Positions 62,473 through 64,000 of a stretch of DNA of 64,000 nt are shown here, one piece after another; positions within the stretch are counted from its first letter, which is position 1, and each line of letters opens with the position of its first letter. The notes under the pieces are model-generated. The model saw nothing but the letters and a program-made list of their open reading frames with translations. It searched no databases and was not told the origin of the DNA. Source of the stretch: Bacilli bacterium (GTDB lineage Bacteria > Bacillota_I > Bacilli_A > RF39 > UBA660); contig JBAMOY010000001.1 of the NCBI GenBank assembly GCA_037071015.1, positions 880,847-944,846 on the forward strand, in the 5' to 3' direction. The translations under genes were made by a program, and so were the position numbers.

Positions 62473-64000
62473 CCTCTATTAACATTTCATCAGTTATGGT
62501 TTCAATTTCTTTTTTATGAGAACTAGAATAATTATTAGTTTGTAAATCAATATAGTAAGGATTATCTCTCATCAATTCTTCATGATTACCTTGACCAACA
62601 ATCCTACCTTTACTTAAGACAATAATTTTATCTGCGATACGCATAACATCTTTCTTATGTGTAATAATTATAACTGTATGGTCCTGTTTTAGATCATTAA
62701 AAATATCTTTAATTTTTTCAACTAAAATAGGATCTAATGAACTAGTAACTTCATCAAAAATTAATATTTCTGCTTTCGAAAGCAAAGTCCTAGCAATCGA
62801 TAATAGCTGTTTTTGTCCTCCAGAAAAGTTAGCTGCATTATCGGTTAAAACAGTATTATATCCTTTAGGTAGTTGCATAATATAATCATGAATTCCAACC
62901 CTTTTACAAGCTTCAACTTGATGTTCAAAATTGGCATCAATCAAACTCAAATTGTTTTTAATACTCATTGAAAAAATGAAAGGTGATTGGTTAACAGCAA
63001 CTACATTTTTAGAATATACACTCTTAGAATATTCATATATATTTTCTTTATCAATATAGATAATACCTTTATCAATTTTATAACGTCGTAAAATTAAATT
63101 TATAATTGTTGTCTTACCACTTCCAGAATGGCCTACCAAAGCGGTCACCTGATTAGGTAAAGCTTGAAAACTTACATTTTTAATACGACCTTCATTTTTA
63201 CTTTTATAAGCAAATGATACATTTTTAAACTCAACTAAGCCATTTATATAATCTGTTTCATTGATACCAAACTCAATTTTCTGTTGATTATTATAATTTA
63301 AGATTGCTTTAATTCTTTTTATAGATACTGACCATTCGCGAATTTGACGTGAATAATCCATTAAATCTTCTGTATCCGCCGTAACCTTCTCAAAATAAGA
63401 AACTAATAAAATCAATGTATTAACTTGATAATGTCCCTCAATAACTAAGTAAGCTAAAACAGCATACAAACAAATTTTACCAAAATGAATCATAAAAGGC
63501 AATAAAGTCGCCCTAATATTAACATATTTACGCTTACAAATGTATTGATGTGACCACTTATCAGATATAATATTAAAATTATGTTTCATCTTATGAAAAA
63601 TATTAAATAAAGATATTTCACCTAAACCATTTAATATTTGTGATAAATTATCAGTCAATTTATCCCGATATTTATATTGACCCATTAAGTAATACGTACT
63701 TTTAATATTACAGTAATCGTAGGTTTTTAAATATAAGTACTCCAACAGAATGACAAATAAGCCAATTAGTATATTAGTTTTCAAAAAAATAAACAATAAG
63801 ATTATTAATTTAAGAGTTACGACAAAAATTTCACATATCTGATCAATCATTTCTGATAAATGAGATGTATCATTATTAACCGTGTTAAGAATTGTTCCTT
63901 TAGATATTTTATCGGTAAATTCTATATCATAAGTAAAAATTTTATCGACAATTTTTTCACGCAAATTTCGATAACTACGTTCAAAATTATAAGAATAAGC
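62465..64000 (-). CDS. ABC exporter, fused permease/ATP-binding protein; N-terminus lies outside the window
   Basis: TMD followed by an NBD with LVGHSGSGKTT Walker A, LSGGQKQLLSIARTLL signature and ILIFDEVTSSLD Walker B. The track start at 63964 is TTG. The frame stays open to the window edge. Confidence 0.85.
   Translation of the reverse strand, partial: AYSYNFERSYRNLREKIVDKIFTYDIEFTDKISKGTILNTVNNDTSHLSEMIDQICEIFVVTLKLIILLFIFLKTNILIGLFVILLEYLYLKTYDYCNIKSTYYLMGQYKYRDKLTDNLSQILNGLGEISLFNIFHKMKHNFNIISDKWSHQYICKRKYVNIRATLLPFMIHFGKICLYAVLAYLVIEGHYQVNTLILLVSYFEKVTADTEDLMDYSRQIREWSVSIKRIKAILNYNNQQKIEFGINETDYINGLVEFKNVSFAYKSKNEGRIKNVSFQALPNQVTALVGHSGSGKTTIINLILRRYKIDKGIIYIDKENIYEYSKSVYSKNVVAVNQSPFIFSMSIKNNLSLIDANFEHQVEACKRVGIHDYIMQLPKGYNTVLTDNAANFSGGQKQLLSIARTLLSKAEILIFDEVTSSLDPILVEKIKDIFNDLKQDHTVIIITHKKDVMRIADKIIVLSKGRIVGQGNHEELMRDNPYYIDLQTNNYSSSHKKEIETITDEMLIEGE

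Overview
This 64 kb window is a very AT-rich chromosomal segment (about 27-30 % GC by eye) from an endospore-forming low-GC Firmicute. Nearly every gene is on the minus strand, as expected for genes co-oriented with replication. The content is mostly core housekeeping, and local gene order echoes Bacillus subtilis (der..spoIVA, dnaB-dnaI..thrS, hrcA-grpE-dnaK..dnaJ, polA..mutM). Replication and repair genes: PolC (split by a frame change), PolA, Fpg/MutM, UvsE, DnaB(DnaD-like)-DnaI. Heat-shock operon: hrcA-grpE-dnaK-pepF-dnaJ with two CIRCE operators. tRNA synthetases SerRS and ThrRS each sit behind a T-box leader. GTPases: Der and EngB. CoA genes: coaD and coaE. Other core genes: RNase III, YebC, YidD, CysE. 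Sporulation genes are scattered through it: spoIVA, a spoVIF-like gene, gerM, gerE and spoIIIAH. Two tRNAs are present, Arg-TCT and Ser-GCT. I saw no transposase, integrase, CRISPR array or rRNA. Items worth a second look, in order:
1. A Ser-type T-box leader in front of a translationally coupled operon of a PP-loop ATPase, a MurD paralogue and serS. This could be a MurD2/MurL-like pair.
2. A self-contained four-gene operon of uncharacterised, largely coiled-coil proteins (8.9-12.7 kb).
3. polC interrupted inside an A5 run.
4. GrpE carrying a Cys/His-rich N-terminal tail.
5. A LexA-box-like palindrome plus a perfect hairpin between polA and uvsE.
6. A ThrRS lacking its TGS domain, preceded by a small ORF.
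Coordinates were counted by hand and may be off by 1-2 nt. All functional calls rest on remembered family signatures, not on database searches.
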